NCBI GenBank assembly: GCA_019057815.1
Contig: JAHLWR010000017.1
Span: 12,019 to 76,018, forward strand
Direction: 5' to 3'
DNA length: 64,000 nucleotides
Origin: Candidatus Heimdallarchaeota archaeon
GTDB taxonomy: Archaea > Asgardarchaeota > Heimdallarchaeia > Heimdallarchaeales > Heimdallarchaeaceae
A program made the position numbers and the translations under genes. Numbering within the stretch: position 1 is the first letter of the stretch; each line of letters starts with the position of its first letter. The notes below the pieces were generated by a model. That model had not been told where the DNA came from. It searched no databases and was given only the letters and a program-made list of their open reading frames with translations. Below are positions 25,130 through 35,955 of the stretch, one piece after another.

Positions 25130-25179
25130 AAAAATAAAATGAAATAAAAAAGGTTTTGATTTTAATGTCTTTAAATATG

Positions 25180-25464
25180 TTAAACAAAAGACATTACAGT
25201 ATACCTTTCTTTCTGTTGAGTGATGAGATTTTTTTGTCTTAAACTTAACTCAGGATTAATACCTATTAATAAAGATCGCATATCTTCAAAATTAGCTCGA
25301 TTAACTAAAAATGCTCTATCTAGTAATTGACGAACTGTGTACCTTATAGCTCTAGGATTTTTCAGCTTAAAAGTTTCAATAATTTCCTTTTGGGTTAAAG
25401 CCCCATTTTCTTTAAGTAAATCAATAATCTCCAGCGAACCTTTTGGTAATTTTTCTCTCTTCAT
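25180..25464 (-). CDS. MarR-like winged-helix regulator
   Basis: GALTQKEII...RAIRYTVRQL...N..DMRS; start MKREK preferred. Confidence 0.8.
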   Translation of the reverse strand: MKREKLPKGSLEIIDLLKENGALTQKEIIETFKLKNPRAIRYTVRQLLDRAFLVNRANFEDMRSLLIGINPELSLRQKNLITQQKERYTVMSFV

Positions 25465-25599
25465 GATAATCACTGTTCTCGAGTGTGTGAGTATATTCCT
25501 CACATGTGTTATATTTGCACACACCTATATAAATCCTTCGAAAACACCGTGTAAGACCTTACACACACGTATTTCAATAAAAAATGGGAAAAAGGTAGG

Positions 25600-28512
25600 T
25601 TAAAATAGGTTTTTTCTAAACCTAACTCTAATAATAGGAACAGCTATAAGGGTTGCAACAACCCCTACTAGAATCCAACCAGCTATCGCTTGGATCGTTG
25701 ACAATTTATCCCATAGCTTCACATTGCAGAAAATATCTATTCTTCCATCGTGAGCTGTATGATTGTCCAATTTGAGTGGCAAAAAGACCACGTGCCACCC
25801 ATAAATATTGAATTCTAGATTCGTTTCATAAAAGATGTATACTGAATCGTGAGCATTTCTAGTAAAAACGATCTGTTCAATTGTATTATCACCGTATAGC
25901 ACTGTTCCAGTAAGATATTCTTCAATATATGGTAGATTGTTGTTTTTTGTTATTGTAACTCTTAAGTTAATTTGGCTTCGTATGTATGTGTTCTCAGGGA
26001 TGGTTTCTATACTAAAACTAGGTCGATGAGCTGAAATTAACCATTCGATGGTGTCATTAACTATTTGACTATTCTTTTTATCCATAAAGAATAATATGTC
26101 ATATTCTTTTCCTAATCCTGTCCTATTTTCAAATATCTCAAACATATCCTTTACAAGTCCAAAATCTGTAAAAGGATATCCTGAACCAAAAGCTATAACT
26201 CTCCCTTCTCCTATTTCCGTTGAAACAACTGCTGGAAATTGTGTTGGACTGTCGATTATATTGAAGTAGGCCAAAATTTTGCTGTTAGGATTATTTTCAG
26301 GGTCTATAATATTAAGCGGTGTTCCCCAGAATAGAAATTTATCCTCTGTTAGTATTCCATTATTGAGATTGGTTATTGCTTCAACAGGTGCATAGTATAC
26401 TCCTGAAGCTACTGATATATTAAAAACGCTTAGTATTTTATTACATGTATAATAATTGCTTTGTATTAGTGGGTCATAAGTCGTGCTATTTGCTTCGGAA
26501 AATCTAATGCTGTTTACAAGGAAAAGTAGAGACCCACCTCCTACTACAAAATTGTTTATTTCATTAATTTCATTGTCCGTATAATTCAATTCAGGATCTG
26601 AAAGAATGAGAATATTGGTGTCCCCTGGAATGAGAATTTCACCTATGGTGTGAACATTAATATGAAATCCTCTATCTAATAACCTTCTATAAAGATAAAG
26701 ATGAGAACCATAGGGAGATGATGCTGAAAACCAACTATTTCGAGTGTCATTTTCGTGTGAAATGTCAAAGAGTACTGTACCTCCAAAATATCTTGTTGTT
26801 ATATCGATTTCTATCTCACAACTACTGAAGTTTCCGTTAGTTAAGCATATAGAAGCGTTAATATTCCTCATTTGTGTGCCCATTGGAATAGTGATATTAA
26901 TAAATACATCATTCCATCCTTTTTCTACAGTAAGTGTTTGTGCAACTTCAACAAATTCAGAATCACCCATAATGTTCGTGGTTATATCCTGATTATTGGA
27001 TGACATTAACTTAAAATTAAAGCTTTTCTCGTCTCCCTCTACACAAGAGTAGAAAAACAAATTTTCTTCGGAAATTCTACTAGGATTTGTAGTAAAAATT
27101 TCCTCATCTGCATTTTCTTGAAGGAATTTAAAAGCGTTATAGGGGTCAATCATACCCCTTCCTTGAGCTACAACTGGGTAACCAAGATCATCTGCAGTTT
27201 CTAATATAGCTATTTCATATTTTTGACGATAATTTTCTACTTCTGGGAATGCATCTCTTAGAAGTGCTAAAATTCCGCTAACTATAGGAGTAGAAACTGA
27301 AGTTCCCGAAACATATTTCCTACCTCCAGTTCTAGCATCACTACCCCCAATTCGACTTCCTGGAGCTATAATATCTATACCAACAGAGAGATCACTAGTT
27401 GGACCACGAGCACTATACACAGCTAAATCCTTTATATTATCAGAGGCACCAACAGCTATAACATAGTCCCATAAAGCAGGAGCGCCAACAGAACCTCCAA
27501 GTGGTCCATAGTTACCCGCAGAAGCAACTACAAAAATGTCTTGCTCATATGCTGCACGCATTAATTCTTCGAGTGGATCCCCCATTTTTTCATAAGTTAT
27601 AGAGGTTAAACTAGCAGATATTATGTCTGCTCCCATTTCAATTGATTTATCAAATCCATTGTATAACCATTCATCTTTACCATAGTTTGTTTTATCAAGC
27701 ACCTTAATATTCAGTAAATAAGCATCTGGTGCTATCCCATAGTGTTCAGTTTGTATAGTTTTTCCATCTTCAGTAAAATTCCCATTTCCAGCAAGAATGG
27801 AGGCAATATGAGTACCATGCCCAGAAGAATCTGAGATATCTTCACCTACAACTCCAGCATCCCAATGAAAAATAACCTTCGTTTCATTAGAGTTATACAA
27901 TGTTTCTAAACCTGGAGCGTTTGAAACATTGATACCACTGTCAAGTACAGCTACAACAACATCTTTCCCATAGTATCCCAAATCATGGATCTTATCTATT
28001 TCTAATACCTCGCGAATGTCTTTCAATTCTATAAATTTTGGTAACTCTGTATCTAGATTTTGGGGTATATAATATCCATATGTGCCTATAGGGTAAGTAT
28101 ATTTGATATCAAATCGATTTAATTCTAACTTTTCTATCATCGTATCAGAATAAGAGATGCTTATTGCTGGAATAGAATAATAGGCTTTATCGACTATAAC
28201 ACCTAAACTTTGAGCTAGATTTTGGAATATATTTCTATCTTCAAAATCGAAAAAAGATATTAGTACTCTGTTTTTATAACTGTAAAGTTGTTCTATTACA
28301 ATCTTGAATTCTAGAGGTTTTCCCCAACGTTGTTCTAAAGCAGCATTATTATAGTTTGATTGAATTTGGTTGATCTCAGTCCTTAATTCTTGGTCAAAAA
28401 ATGAGTTTGAATTTAATTCAACTTGAGAATATCCTTGCATTCCAGCAAACGCAAAAGATATTGTGGCAATAAACATGATTAGTAAGCTGATAGAAGATAG
28501 CTTGTTTTTCAT
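25600..28512 (-). CDS. Membrane-anchored S8 subtilase, Site-1 protease (MBTPS1/SKI-1)-like architecture
   Basis: Signal peptide; VAVLDSG, HGTH, SAGN and SGTSV; GATase-like auxiliary domain; C-terminal TM plus basic tail. Confidence 0.9.
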   Translation of the reverse strand: MKNKLSSISLLIMFIATISFAFAGMQGYSQVELNSNSFFDQELRTEINQIQSNYNNAALEQRWGKPLEFKIVIEQLYSYKNRVLISFFDFEDRNIFQNLAQSLGVIVDKAYYSIPAISISYSDTMIEKLELNRFDIKYTYPIGTYGYYIPQNLDTELPKFIELKDIREVLEIDKIHDLGYYGKDVVVAVLDSGINVSNAPGLETLYNSNETKVIFHWDAGVVGEDISDSSGHGTHIASILAGNGNFTEDGKTIQTEHYGIAPDAYLLNIKVLDKTNYGKDEWLYNGFDKSIEMGADIISASLTSITYEKMGDPLEELMRAAYEQDIFVVASAGNYGPLGGSVGAPALWDYVIAVGASDNIKDLAVYSARGPTSDLSVGIDIIAPGSRIGGSDARTGGRKYVSGTSVSTPIVSGILALLRDAFPEVENYRQKYEIAILETADDLGYPVVAQGRGMIDPYNAFKFLQENADEEIFTTNPSRISEENLFFYSCVEGDEKSFNFKLMSSNNQDITTNIMGDSEFVEVAQTLTVEKGWNDVFINITIPMGTQMRNINASICLTNGNFSSCEIEIDITTRYFGGTVLFDISHENDTRNSWFSASSPYGSHLYLYRRLLDRGFHINVHTIGEILIPGDTNILILSDPELNYTDNEINEINNFVVGGGSLLFLVNSIRFSEANSTTYDPLIQSNYYTCNKILSVFNISVASGVYYAPVEAITNLNNGILTEDKFLFWGTPLNIIDPENNPNSKILAYFNIIDSPTQFPAVVSTEIGEGRVIAFGSGYPFTDFGLVKDMFEIFENRTGLGKEYDILFFMDKKNSQIVNDTIEWLISAHRPSFSIETIPENTYIRSQINLRVTITKNNNLPYIEEYLTGTVLYGDNTIEQIVFTRNAHDSVYIFYETNLEFNIYGWHVVFLPLKLDNHTAHDGRIDIFCNVKLWDKLSTIQAIAGWILVGVVATLIAVPIIRVRFRKNLF

Positions 28513-28673
28513 ACTTAATGGTAATATCTCTCTACTTTTAGATTTTTCCCTTAAAAAAACACTATTTTTTATCAGAAGATTATTTTATTATTTTAATTCT
28601 TATAGAAAGATGACTTAAAAATGGAAATGCTTATATCTTGGACATGGAAGGATGATTTCAAGGTGGAAAAGAA

Positions 28674-29069
28674 ATGCCCTATCAATGGTTAAAACGTTCA
28701 AGAAGAAAATTATCTGGTGGTTTGATTAAACAGTCTGCAAGCAAAAAGAAAAGGGATGTGGGACGATATCCAGCAGAAACACAAATTGGTTCCCGTAGGT
28801 TAAAAGCAGTTAGAACAAGAGGGGGAAACACGAAATTTAGATTGCTTAAAGATGAGTTTGCTAATATTTTAGATCAATCAACAGGAATTTCACAAAAAGT
28901 TAAGATTCTTGATGTTGTAGAAAACAAAGCTAACCGTGAATATGCTCGAAGACGTGTAATAACTAAAGGAAGTGTTATTGATACAGAACTTGGTAAGGCT
29001 CTAGTTACAAGTCGTCCAGGACAACATGGTATAATTGCAGGAATTCTAATTGATAAGAAGGAAGAGTAG
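28674..29069 (+). CDS. rps8e: 30S ribosomal protein eS8
   Basis: RTRGGN.K, N.AN..Y.RR.VITKG.VI.T.LG.A.VTSRPGQHG. Confidence 0.97.
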   Translation: MPYQWLKRSRRKLSGGLIKQSASKKKRDVGRYPAETQIGSRRLKAVRTRGGNTKFRLLKDEFANILDQSTGISQKVKILDVVENKANREYARRRVITKGSVIDTELGKALVTSRPGQHGIIAGILIDKKEE

Positions 29070-29111
29070 TATTTCTTCCAAATATTTAATAAAATAAAAA
29101 AAGGAAGAATC

Positions 29112-29459
29112 ATGTTACGACGAAATCGTTATTTTGTTCTCTATCCAGAATACTTTGATAAGTCGATATCAAGAAAACAAGGGAGGAGGGTATCAAAGAA
29201 CAAAGCTGTTGAAGATTGTGATCTAGCTAAAATTGTCTACGCATGCAAACATTTAGAATTAGATTACAAAATTGAGAAAGATAAAAAATATTCTCGTAAT
29301 AGGTGGAAAAGTGAAGGGAGAATTGTAATTAATCCTAATAATATTGATAATAAAACAGAATTAATTAGAAGAATTGCTAACATCTCTCGGAGACTGAAGA
29401 AGGTAGAAAAACCCAAAACAGATAAGAAAAAGGGGATTAAACCCGTAAAAAGTAAATAA
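29112..29459 (+). CDS. srp19: Signal recognition particle protein SRP19
   Basis: LYPEYFD...SRKQGRRV, K.YSR.W..EGRI; conserved position after eS8. Confidence 0.93.
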   Translation: MLRRNRYFVLYPEYFDKSISRKQGRRVSKNKAVEDCDLAKIVYACKHLELDYKIEKDKKYSRNRWKSEGRIVINPNNIDNKTELIRRIANISRRLKKVEKPKTDKKKGIKPVKSK

Positions 29460-29467
29460 CCTTTCTT

Positions 29468-29785
29468 TTGGAGATATTCACAATGAACTCAAGAATTAAA
29501 AAATTGGGTACTATACTACATTTTAGTGATTTAGGTAATGCAATTGTAAAGAATCCGATCAAACTTCCTAAAATTGGAGCTAATGTAGTTGATGAAAAAA
29601 TGATACACATAGGAAATGTCAATGATATTTTCGGTCCTGTTGAAAATCCTTATGTTAGTATCAGAGTTAAAAAAGAAAATAAAGAAAATATTACCTCAGA
29701 GACTCAATTGTATGTTATAGAGAAACGAAAAAAAGTTAGAACTAAAAGATATAAAAATAAAAGAACTTATTCCTTAAAAGATTAA
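29468..29785 (+). CDS. gar1: H/ACA RNP protein Gar1/Naf1
   Basis: IGNVNDIFGPVENPY motif; basic tail. Confidence 0.9.
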   Translation: MEIFTMNSRIKKLGTILHFSDLGNAIVKNPIKLPKIGANVVDEKMIHIGNVNDIFGPVENPYVSIRVKKENKENITSETQLYVIEKRKKVRTKRYKNKRTYSLKD

Positions 29786-29975
29786 TGTCGGTATTTTCTA
29801 TCCTATTACCATAAAAATTCATCCTTTTAGAAGTGCTGTAAAGCGAGTAGAACGTGGAAACACCATTTTTAGAAATGTATCAACACTTATATATTATCCA
29901 GATATAGTATTTATTGGAAGGTAAGCTACTAAAATAGCGTACAGATTCAAAGTCAGATTTACTGATTTATGAAGA

Positions 29976-30443
29976 GTGATTATCATGATTCCTATTATGC
30001 GTATTAAGGTTGAGCAAAATTACAGTAGTGCTTTGGGCGAGGAAATAATTGAACTAATAGAATGTTCAAAAAATGGACAATTATTATATAGAGAAGTATT
30101 AGATTTGTTAGGGGATCATGATTCGATTAAATTAAAAGTCGATGAACTCTTATTTACAAATAAAATCCTTAAAATTCCATTCGAAATGGGGGGAAACATC
30201 AAGGATTTTATATTAATAATTCCAAAAAAGGAAACAATAGGTTGGACAACTATGGTATGCCCGTGTTTCGTATGTCAACGCATTGACGAATGTGCAGTAA
30301 ATAATCCTGTTAATCCCGTTACGTGTAAATCATTTAATGAATGGTTAAAAGAGGAAGATAAGAGTTCTTCAATTAAAGATTTTGAATATGAAGTATTCGA
30401 AACAAATGAAGAAGATAAAAAAGTTGGTCAAATATATAAATAG
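29976..30443 (+). CDS. RPC34/TFE-beta-like protein with C-terminal Fe-S motif
   Basis: PCFVCQRIDEC...NPVTC..FNEWL preceded by a wHTH-sized region. Confidence 0.75.
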   Translation: MIIMIPIMRIKVEQNYSSALGEEIIELIECSKNGQLLYREVLDLLGDHDSIKLKVDELLFTNKILKIPFEMGGNIKDFILIIPKKETIGWTTMVCPCFVCQRIDECAVNNPVNPVTCKSFNEWLKEEDKSSSIKDFEYEVFETNEEDKKVGQIYK

Positions 30444-30714
30444 AACCGACTTTTTTAAACTAGAGAGAGTTAGATTTTCTAACTTCTTGTGAACTGTTCT
30501 TCCGCTCTTAGTGGAAATTGTCCGTTTTTCTTTATTATTATACCATTTTTTTATATTAATATCCAATAAAACATACTTAACATGAGGGAAATAATATCTA
30601 AGGGCGCATGAAGCAGTACTCAAGGCTTTCAATAAAGAACTTGACAGACTTTGCAATACCTAAAAGATAAGAGTCATAAGTCTTATCAATTAATCTTCAT
30701 TCAAAATATATAAC

Positions 30715-31350
30715 GTGGAAATTTTGAGTGAAGATTACTATTATTTTAAAGCACGAAGTAAAGGATATAGATCAAGAGCATCCTTTAAATTAGAACAGAT
30801 AGACAAAAAATTCCATGTTTTTCATAAAGGAGCATTAGTAGTTGACCTTGGAGCTGCTCCTGGGGGTTGGTCTCAAGTTGCAGCTAGACGCGTGGGAGAT
30901 GCAGGTAAGGTTATTGCTATCGATAAAGCTTATATTTCTTCTTTTAAGCAAAGTAATATTGAGATAGTCCAAAAAGATATTTTTGATGCAAAACTAGTTC
31001 AACTCATCAATAAAGAATATGGATTGGTTGATGTTTTACTCTCTGATTGCGCCCCTTCAGTTTCTGGTAATTGGAGTAGAGATCATTTCACTCAAATAAT
31101 GTTAGCTGATAGAGCACTTGATGTAGCAGAAAACTTGTTAAGAAACAACGGAGTACTTGTGTGCAAGTTGTTTCAAGGAAGTGAACTTCAGAAATTCATG
31201 AATCGTTTGAAGAGTTTTTTCGGAAAAACAAAATTATTTAAACCAGAAGCATCTAGAATTAAGAGTTCAGAAATTTATGCTATTGGTTTGAATTTCAAAA
31301 AACCTTCGGATATAATAGAAAAAGAAGAAAATTCCCCTAACAAATTGTGA
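30715..31350 (+). CDS. rlmE: 23S rRNA U2552 2'-O-methyltransferase RlmE/FtsJ
   Basis: GYRSRASFKL, DLGAAPGGWSQ, SDCAP..SG, KLFQG, KP.ASR..SSEIY. Confidence 0.96.
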   Translation: MEILSEDYYYFKARSKGYRSRASFKLEQIDKKFHVFHKGALVVDLGAAPGGWSQVAARRVGDAGKVIAIDKAYISSFKQSNIEIVQKDIFDAKLVQLINKEYGLVDVLLSDCAPSVSGNWSRDHFTQIMLADRALDVAENLLRNNGVLVCKLFQGSELQKFMNRLKSFFGKTKLFKPEASRIKSSEIYAIGLNFKKPSDIIEKEENSPNKL

Positions 31351-31368
31351 AACTGGTGTAATCTGACA

Positions 31369-32556
31369 ATGAATGAAGGTACTTTAAAATTTATTAAAGT
31401 TAAAGAGGGAAAAACAACTTTTACTATACTAAAAGATGCTGATAGGATTTATGATTCAACTGTCTTCTATAACCCTGACATGACTTTTAATCGAGATTTA
31501 ACTCTTTTACAAATATTAACAATCTTGAAGACAAAGGATAATGATCTTGTTATCCTTGAACCACTAGCTGGTTGTGGTGTCAGAAGCTATCGTATCCTTA
31601 CAGAACTACCGGAAAATCGTATTAAGAAAGTAGTAGCAGGTGATATTAATTCCAAAGCTATTGAACTTATTCAGAAAAATATAGACGAGTTAAGGTTTTC
31701 GGAAAAATTATTTGCGAAAAAAAAAGATGCTTTAGAAACTATTTCAGAGTTTCTGGAACATCAGAATTATGTTGACATTATAGATTTAGATCCATTTGGT
31801 TCCCCAATTTCATTTATTGATTTGTCATTAAATGTTTTAAAAAAGTCAAATGGTTATCTTTTTGCAACATCAACAGATTTACAAGTTCTTTGTGGTAAAT
31901 TCAAAGATGCTTGCTTAAGACTGTATAATGCTAATTCAACTAGGAGTTTTTTGTGCCATGAGATAGCAGTTAGAATACTATTGTACAATATGATAATAAG
32001 CGCAGGGCGAATAGGGATAGGTATTAAACCATTGATTTCATATCAACATGAACACTTCATTAGAACACATGTACAAGTGGTGAAAGGACGGGAATATGCA
32101 AATAAACAGCACAAAGAAATTGGTTTTATATATTTGTGTAACAAGTGTTCTTATTTTGAAGTGAAAACTGTTACTGACATGTTGGGAAGAGAAAACTGTC
32201 CGAGCTGTAGGAACAAAATGGAAAAGACTGGTCCTATGTGGCTAGGACAGATTAACAACATTCAGAATATACAAAACATGTTAGTTAATTTAGAAGAATT
32301 AGATTTACCGAGTTCTAAAAAGATTTTAAAGCTACTTTCTGGTTTAGTAAAGGAAATAAACGATATTCCAATGTTTTATTATATACCCTTTTTAGTTAGA
32401 GAGCACATAAAAAATAAGGAAAGAGGAATACCAATTATTGAACTTGTTGAAAAACTAAACAAAAAGGGATTAAAATCTTCTAGAACTGTTTTCGATCCTC
32501 AAGGAATAAAGACAGAAGCAAACTATCAACAAATTGTAGATATATTAAATGAATGA
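31369..32556 (+). CDS. trm1: tRNA (guanine26-N2)-dimethyltransferase Trm1
   Basis: VFYNP.M..NRD, G.GVRS.R, DLDPFGSP, two CxxC motifs, GPMWLG. Confidence 0.95.
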   Translation: MNEGTLKFIKVKEGKTTFTILKDADRIYDSTVFYNPDMTFNRDLTLLQILTILKTKDNDLVILEPLAGCGVRSYRILTELPENRIKKVVAGDINSKAIELIQKNIDELRFSEKLFAKKKDALETISEFLEHQNYVDIIDLDPFGSPISFIDLSLNVLKKSNGYLFATSTDLQVLCGKFKDACLRLYNANSTRSFLCHEIAVRILLYNMIISAGRIGIGIKPLISYQHEHFIRTHVQVVKGREYANKQHKEIGFIYLCNKCSYFEVKTVTDMLGRENCPSCRNKMEKTGPMWLGQINNIQNIQNMLVNLEELDLPSSKKILKLLSGLVKEINDIPMFYYIPFLVREHIKNKERGIPIIELVEKLNKKGLKSSRTVFDPQGIKTEANYQQIVDILNE

Positions 32557-32566
32557 TAAAAAATAG

Positions 32567-33253
32567 GTGATGCTTATTACTAACGAGGTATATATCGCTG
32601 GAGTTGATGAAGCAGGAAGAGGACCAGTAATTGGCCCATTAGTTTTATGTGTATATATAATTCAAGATGATAAGGAAAATAAACTTAAAGAGCTTGGGGT
32701 AAAAGATTCAAAAATTCTCTCCAAAAACACAAGAGAAAAAATATATGCTAAAATTATAGAACATGCTAATGATTATCAAACCATTCATCTTTCTGCTGCA
32801 GATATAGATGAGATGCGAAAGAAAGCAACATTGAATCGTATAGAACAAAAAATGATGGTTAATACTATAAAAAAATCTTCTATCAAACCTGATCAAATTT
32901 ACATCGATGCTGCAGATGTAAACGAAAAAAGATATGGTCTAGAGTTCAAGAAGGAATTTCCTCAAGCTAAAATTGTTTCTAAACATAAAGCTGATATGCT
33001 TTTTCCAGTTGTTTCTGCTGCATCAATAATTGCAAAAGTTGAGAGAGACAGAGAAATTTCAAAATTACACAAGAAGTATGGTGTTGATTTTGGTTCAGGA
33101 TACCCATCAGACCCAAAAACTAAATCTTTTCTAGTAGACTATTATAAAGAAAAACAGAGTTTTCCACCAATTGTAAGAGAATCGTGGGTAACAGCTAAAA
33201 AGATCAAAGAGAAGTATTCTCAAGCAAAGAAATTAGATGGTTACTTCCATTAA
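32567..33253 (+). CDS. rnhB: Ribonuclease HII
   Basis: GVDEAGRGPVIGP, DSK, HKAD, VSAASIIAK..RD, GSGYPSDP.T. Confidence 0.97.
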   Translation: MMLITNEVYIAGVDEAGRGPVIGPLVLCVYIIQDDKENKLKELGVKDSKILSKNTREKIYAKIIEHANDYQTIHLSAADIDEMRKKATLNRIEQKMMVNTIKKSSIKPDQIYIDAADVNEKRYGLEFKKEFPQAKIVSKHKADMLFPVVSAASIIAKVERDREISKLHKKYGVDFGSGYPSDPKTKSFLVDYYKEKQSFPPIVRESWVTAKKIKEKYSQAKKLDGYFH

Positions 33254-33882
33254 GTTTCAACATCGATAAGTATCTCTCTTGTTTTCCTGTTTTTCAGAAT
33301 AAAAGGTAAAATGAAACCAACTATTAAACCAACACCATGGGCAATGAAATTAACGTTTACACCAGCAGAAAGACTGAAAAAAATAACTCCTGTTCCCAAA
33401 TAAATCCAAATGGACTTGCGCTTTTCCTCCTCATATGAAAGTTTCAAATCTGCTCCTAGCAATCCGAAAATACCTCCACTAGCGCCACATGAAATCGTTT
33501 CTAGATTAAATATAGCTAAACTAAATAAATTGCCTATTAGAGCTGAAACTATGAAAATTAGTATATATTGCCAATTTAGGAATCTTTCTTCGGCTCTTAA
33601 CCCATAAATCAATAAAAAAAGACCGTTTGAAAGAAAATGCAGAATATTGACATGAACAAAAATGGCTGTTACAAGTTGATAAACATGACCCTCTAACACT
33701 TTTTGATTATATTGTCCTACGATGGCCAAGAATTTACCGGAAATTTCTAATCCTTCCCCTTCTATTATGCTTAATATTGTCAATATGACGTATGTTAAAA
33801 AAATAATAATCAACAGATTTCTAGTAGGTAAATTCGCTTTCCAGAAATTATCCGACGGAGAGCTACTCTCTGTTTCAGTCAC
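33250..33882 (-). CDS. Rhomboid intramembrane serine protease
   Basis: HVNILHFLSN, GASG and AHGVG motifs. Confidence 0.93.
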   Translation of the reverse strand: MTETESSSPSDNFWKANLPTRNLLIIIFLTYVILTILSIIEGEGLEISGKFLAIVGQYNQKVLEGHVYQLVTAIFVHVNILHFLSNGLFLLIYGLRAEERFLNWQYILIFIVSALIGNLFSLAIFNLETISCGASGGIFGLLGADLKLSYEEEKRKSIWIYLGTGVIFFSLSAGVNVNFIAHGVGLIVGFILPFILKNRKTREILIDVET

Positions 33883-34028
33883 AATTTCATTGACTGGAAC
33901 CTCATTAAAAATGTTAGTATCAATTAAAAAGATAAGAAAGACTCTCTAGAACGTAGACTTTGGATGTTAAATTTATTACAAATTAGTAAAACTTTTATGA
34001 TATGGTTTTGGGTCGCTATTGAAAAGTA

Positions 34029-34520
34029 ATGAACCACAGTGGTACAATTATTGCTAAAATTAAAGATGATAATAAAATTGAAGTAGTAAGGGATATCTTT
34101 TTTGAATGTAATAATTGTGCACTTTGCTGTAAAATAAATGAAATTCCTGTTATCGAGAAAGATATTACTCGGATTCTAGATCATGGTTATGAACTTGATC
34201 AATTTTTGAAAGAATTGAGTCCTGTTTTAATTAGAAGTCATCAAAAAAAGGATTCATTTATTAAAGCCTACTTTTTGAAAAAGAAACCATTTGTTAAAGA
34301 ATGCGTTTTTCTTGATGAGGACGAGAAATGCAAAATTCACAAATATAAACCATTATCATGTAGTATATATCCTTTCGCTGTAAGAAAAGATGATGAAAGT
34401 CTCTTAGTAATTGTTCACCCGAAAAGCGTTTGTGCTTCTATAGATACGGATGTAAACAAAGAGAAGTCCAACACAAAAAAAACAGTGGAAAATTTGCTCT
34501 CTTTTGAATTTCTAGAATAA
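34029..34520 (+). CDS. YkgJ-family (CxxCxxCC) cysteine-cluster protein
   Basis: FECNNCALCC, CVFL, CKIH..KP..C..YPF. Confidence 0.88.
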   Translation: MNHSGTIIAKIKDDNKIEVVRDIFFECNNCALCCKINEIPVIEKDITRILDHGYELDQFLKELSPVLIRSHQKKDSFIKAYFLKKKPFVKECVFLDEDEKCKIHKYKPLSCSIYPFAVRKDDESLLVIVHPKSVCASIDTDVNKEKSNTKKTVENLLSFEFLE

Positions 34521-34585
34521 TTTCCTTTTTAATACTTCTACGTATAACGGATAAGTTTATGATTACTATATACTGATTATCTACC

Positions 34586-35953
34586 ATGAGTTTGTTTAAG
34601 ACAAATTTCATGAAAGAAGTAGAAAAATTTCTTCAAAAACAAGGTTTCACAACAGAAATGTGTAATATTTATACTCGTGGAGTAGATTTTTTCGAGTCGT
34701 ACAAACGAGTGATTCTTTGTGCCTATAAAGATGATTTACTCTTAAGTATCCGTGCTCGAAGTGGTGAAGCAAGTGACCCATTTAGAGGGTCAGATGATCA
34801 AATTGAAGCAAAACTTCAAGATCCTGCTCTTAAACTTTTAAGCTGTATTCGATCTTTAATAACTGGTACTGATCCTATTTATTGCGAGAAGTTCAAAGAT
34901 AAGATTGCTATTCCAATTATTATTATGGAAAAGTCTTCTAGAGGACATCCTCTCTATTATTACTATGATGGTGAAGCTAGAGAATCAAAAGCTTGGTATG
35001 TTAAGAAGAACGTTGTATATACTCCTTGGACGTGGATTAAAGAGTTTTGGAACACAGATTTTGAGCAATCACTGAAAGATCAAGGTTCTAAGGTTAAGGA
35101 ACCAATTAAACAAGAAGCCCCAGCTAACGTATTGGAAACTGTGAAAGAAATTGAAGAAATCGTTGGCGCTAAAAGATTAGGAATACTTAAAACTATTAAT
35201 TTAGATAAACCTACTCTCCCTCCAATTGCCCTAAAATTTACTCAAACAGATCAAATGATGATATTTCTCATTGATGAGTTTGATAGCGAAATTCACCCTA
35301 AATTGATGGATTTCGCAGTTTACTATTTCGGGCAAAAAATCGAGCGTTTTCCATCAAATGCCAATGCTATTTTCTTTAATATTGATAGTACGAAGAAAAA
35401 TGAATCCTTTGTAAGATCCGTTATACCTAATGAATCTGAATTTATTACTAAAAACTTCGATGACCCTACAGTTGTAGAAACAACAATTAATGGTTTTAAA
35501 CATTTAATTGACATTCTGGACATTAAAGAATTTCATTTTATACCAAAATTAAGCCCCATCTCTAGTATGGATATAAGAAATCTAGTGAAAGTATCATCTG
35601 CTTACGTCTTTGAAAAAGTATTTCTTGAAGCTAGGAAACAGTTGAAAAACTTTTTTGCAGAACAATGCCCATTCTGTGACCAATCTTCAATTGTTCATAA
35701 ATTATCAGATGATTTTGTAGATAAACTAAGTTTCAACTTTGAATTAACAAAGGAAAACTCATATGTTGTTTACTGCGATAAAAAGAAATTAGGATGTGGA
35801 TTAGGCTTTATTGTTGTAAAGGACTATCTTCAAGGAGGAGTTCATGGATTCTATATCGGAGAAGATTATCAGTATCAACAAGAAGCTGAAATAGCTAGAA
35901 AAAAAATGGCGAAAGAAGGTTTTAGTATACACTCGTTTAAACACATCACTTAG
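34586..35953 (+). CDS. Hypothetical protein with C-terminal putative Zn finger
   Basis: 455-aa ORF; CPFC...YC.....GCG. Confidence 0.7.
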   Translation: MSLFKTNFMKEVEKFLQKQGFTTEMCNIYTRGVDFFESYKRVILCAYKDDLLLSIRARSGEASDPFRGSDDQIEAKLQDPALKLLSCIRSLITGTDPIYCEKFKDKIAIPIIIMEKSSRGHPLYYYYDGEARESKAWYVKKNVVYTPWTWIKEFWNTDFEQSLKDQGSKVKEPIKQEAPANVLETVKEIEEIVGAKRLGILKTINLDKPTLPPIALKFTQTDQMMIFLIDEFDSEIHPKLMDFAVYYFGQKIERFPSNANAIFFNIDSTKKNESFVRSVIPNESEFITKNFDDPTVVETTINGFKHLIDILDIKEFHFIPKLSPISSMDIRNLVKVSSAYVFEKVFLEARKQLKNFFAEQCPFCDQSSIVHKLSDDFVDKLSFNFELTKENSYVVYCDKKKLGCGLGFIVVKDYLQGGVHGFYIGEDYQYQQEAEIARKKMAKEGFSIHSFKHIT

Positions 35954-35955
35954 TG

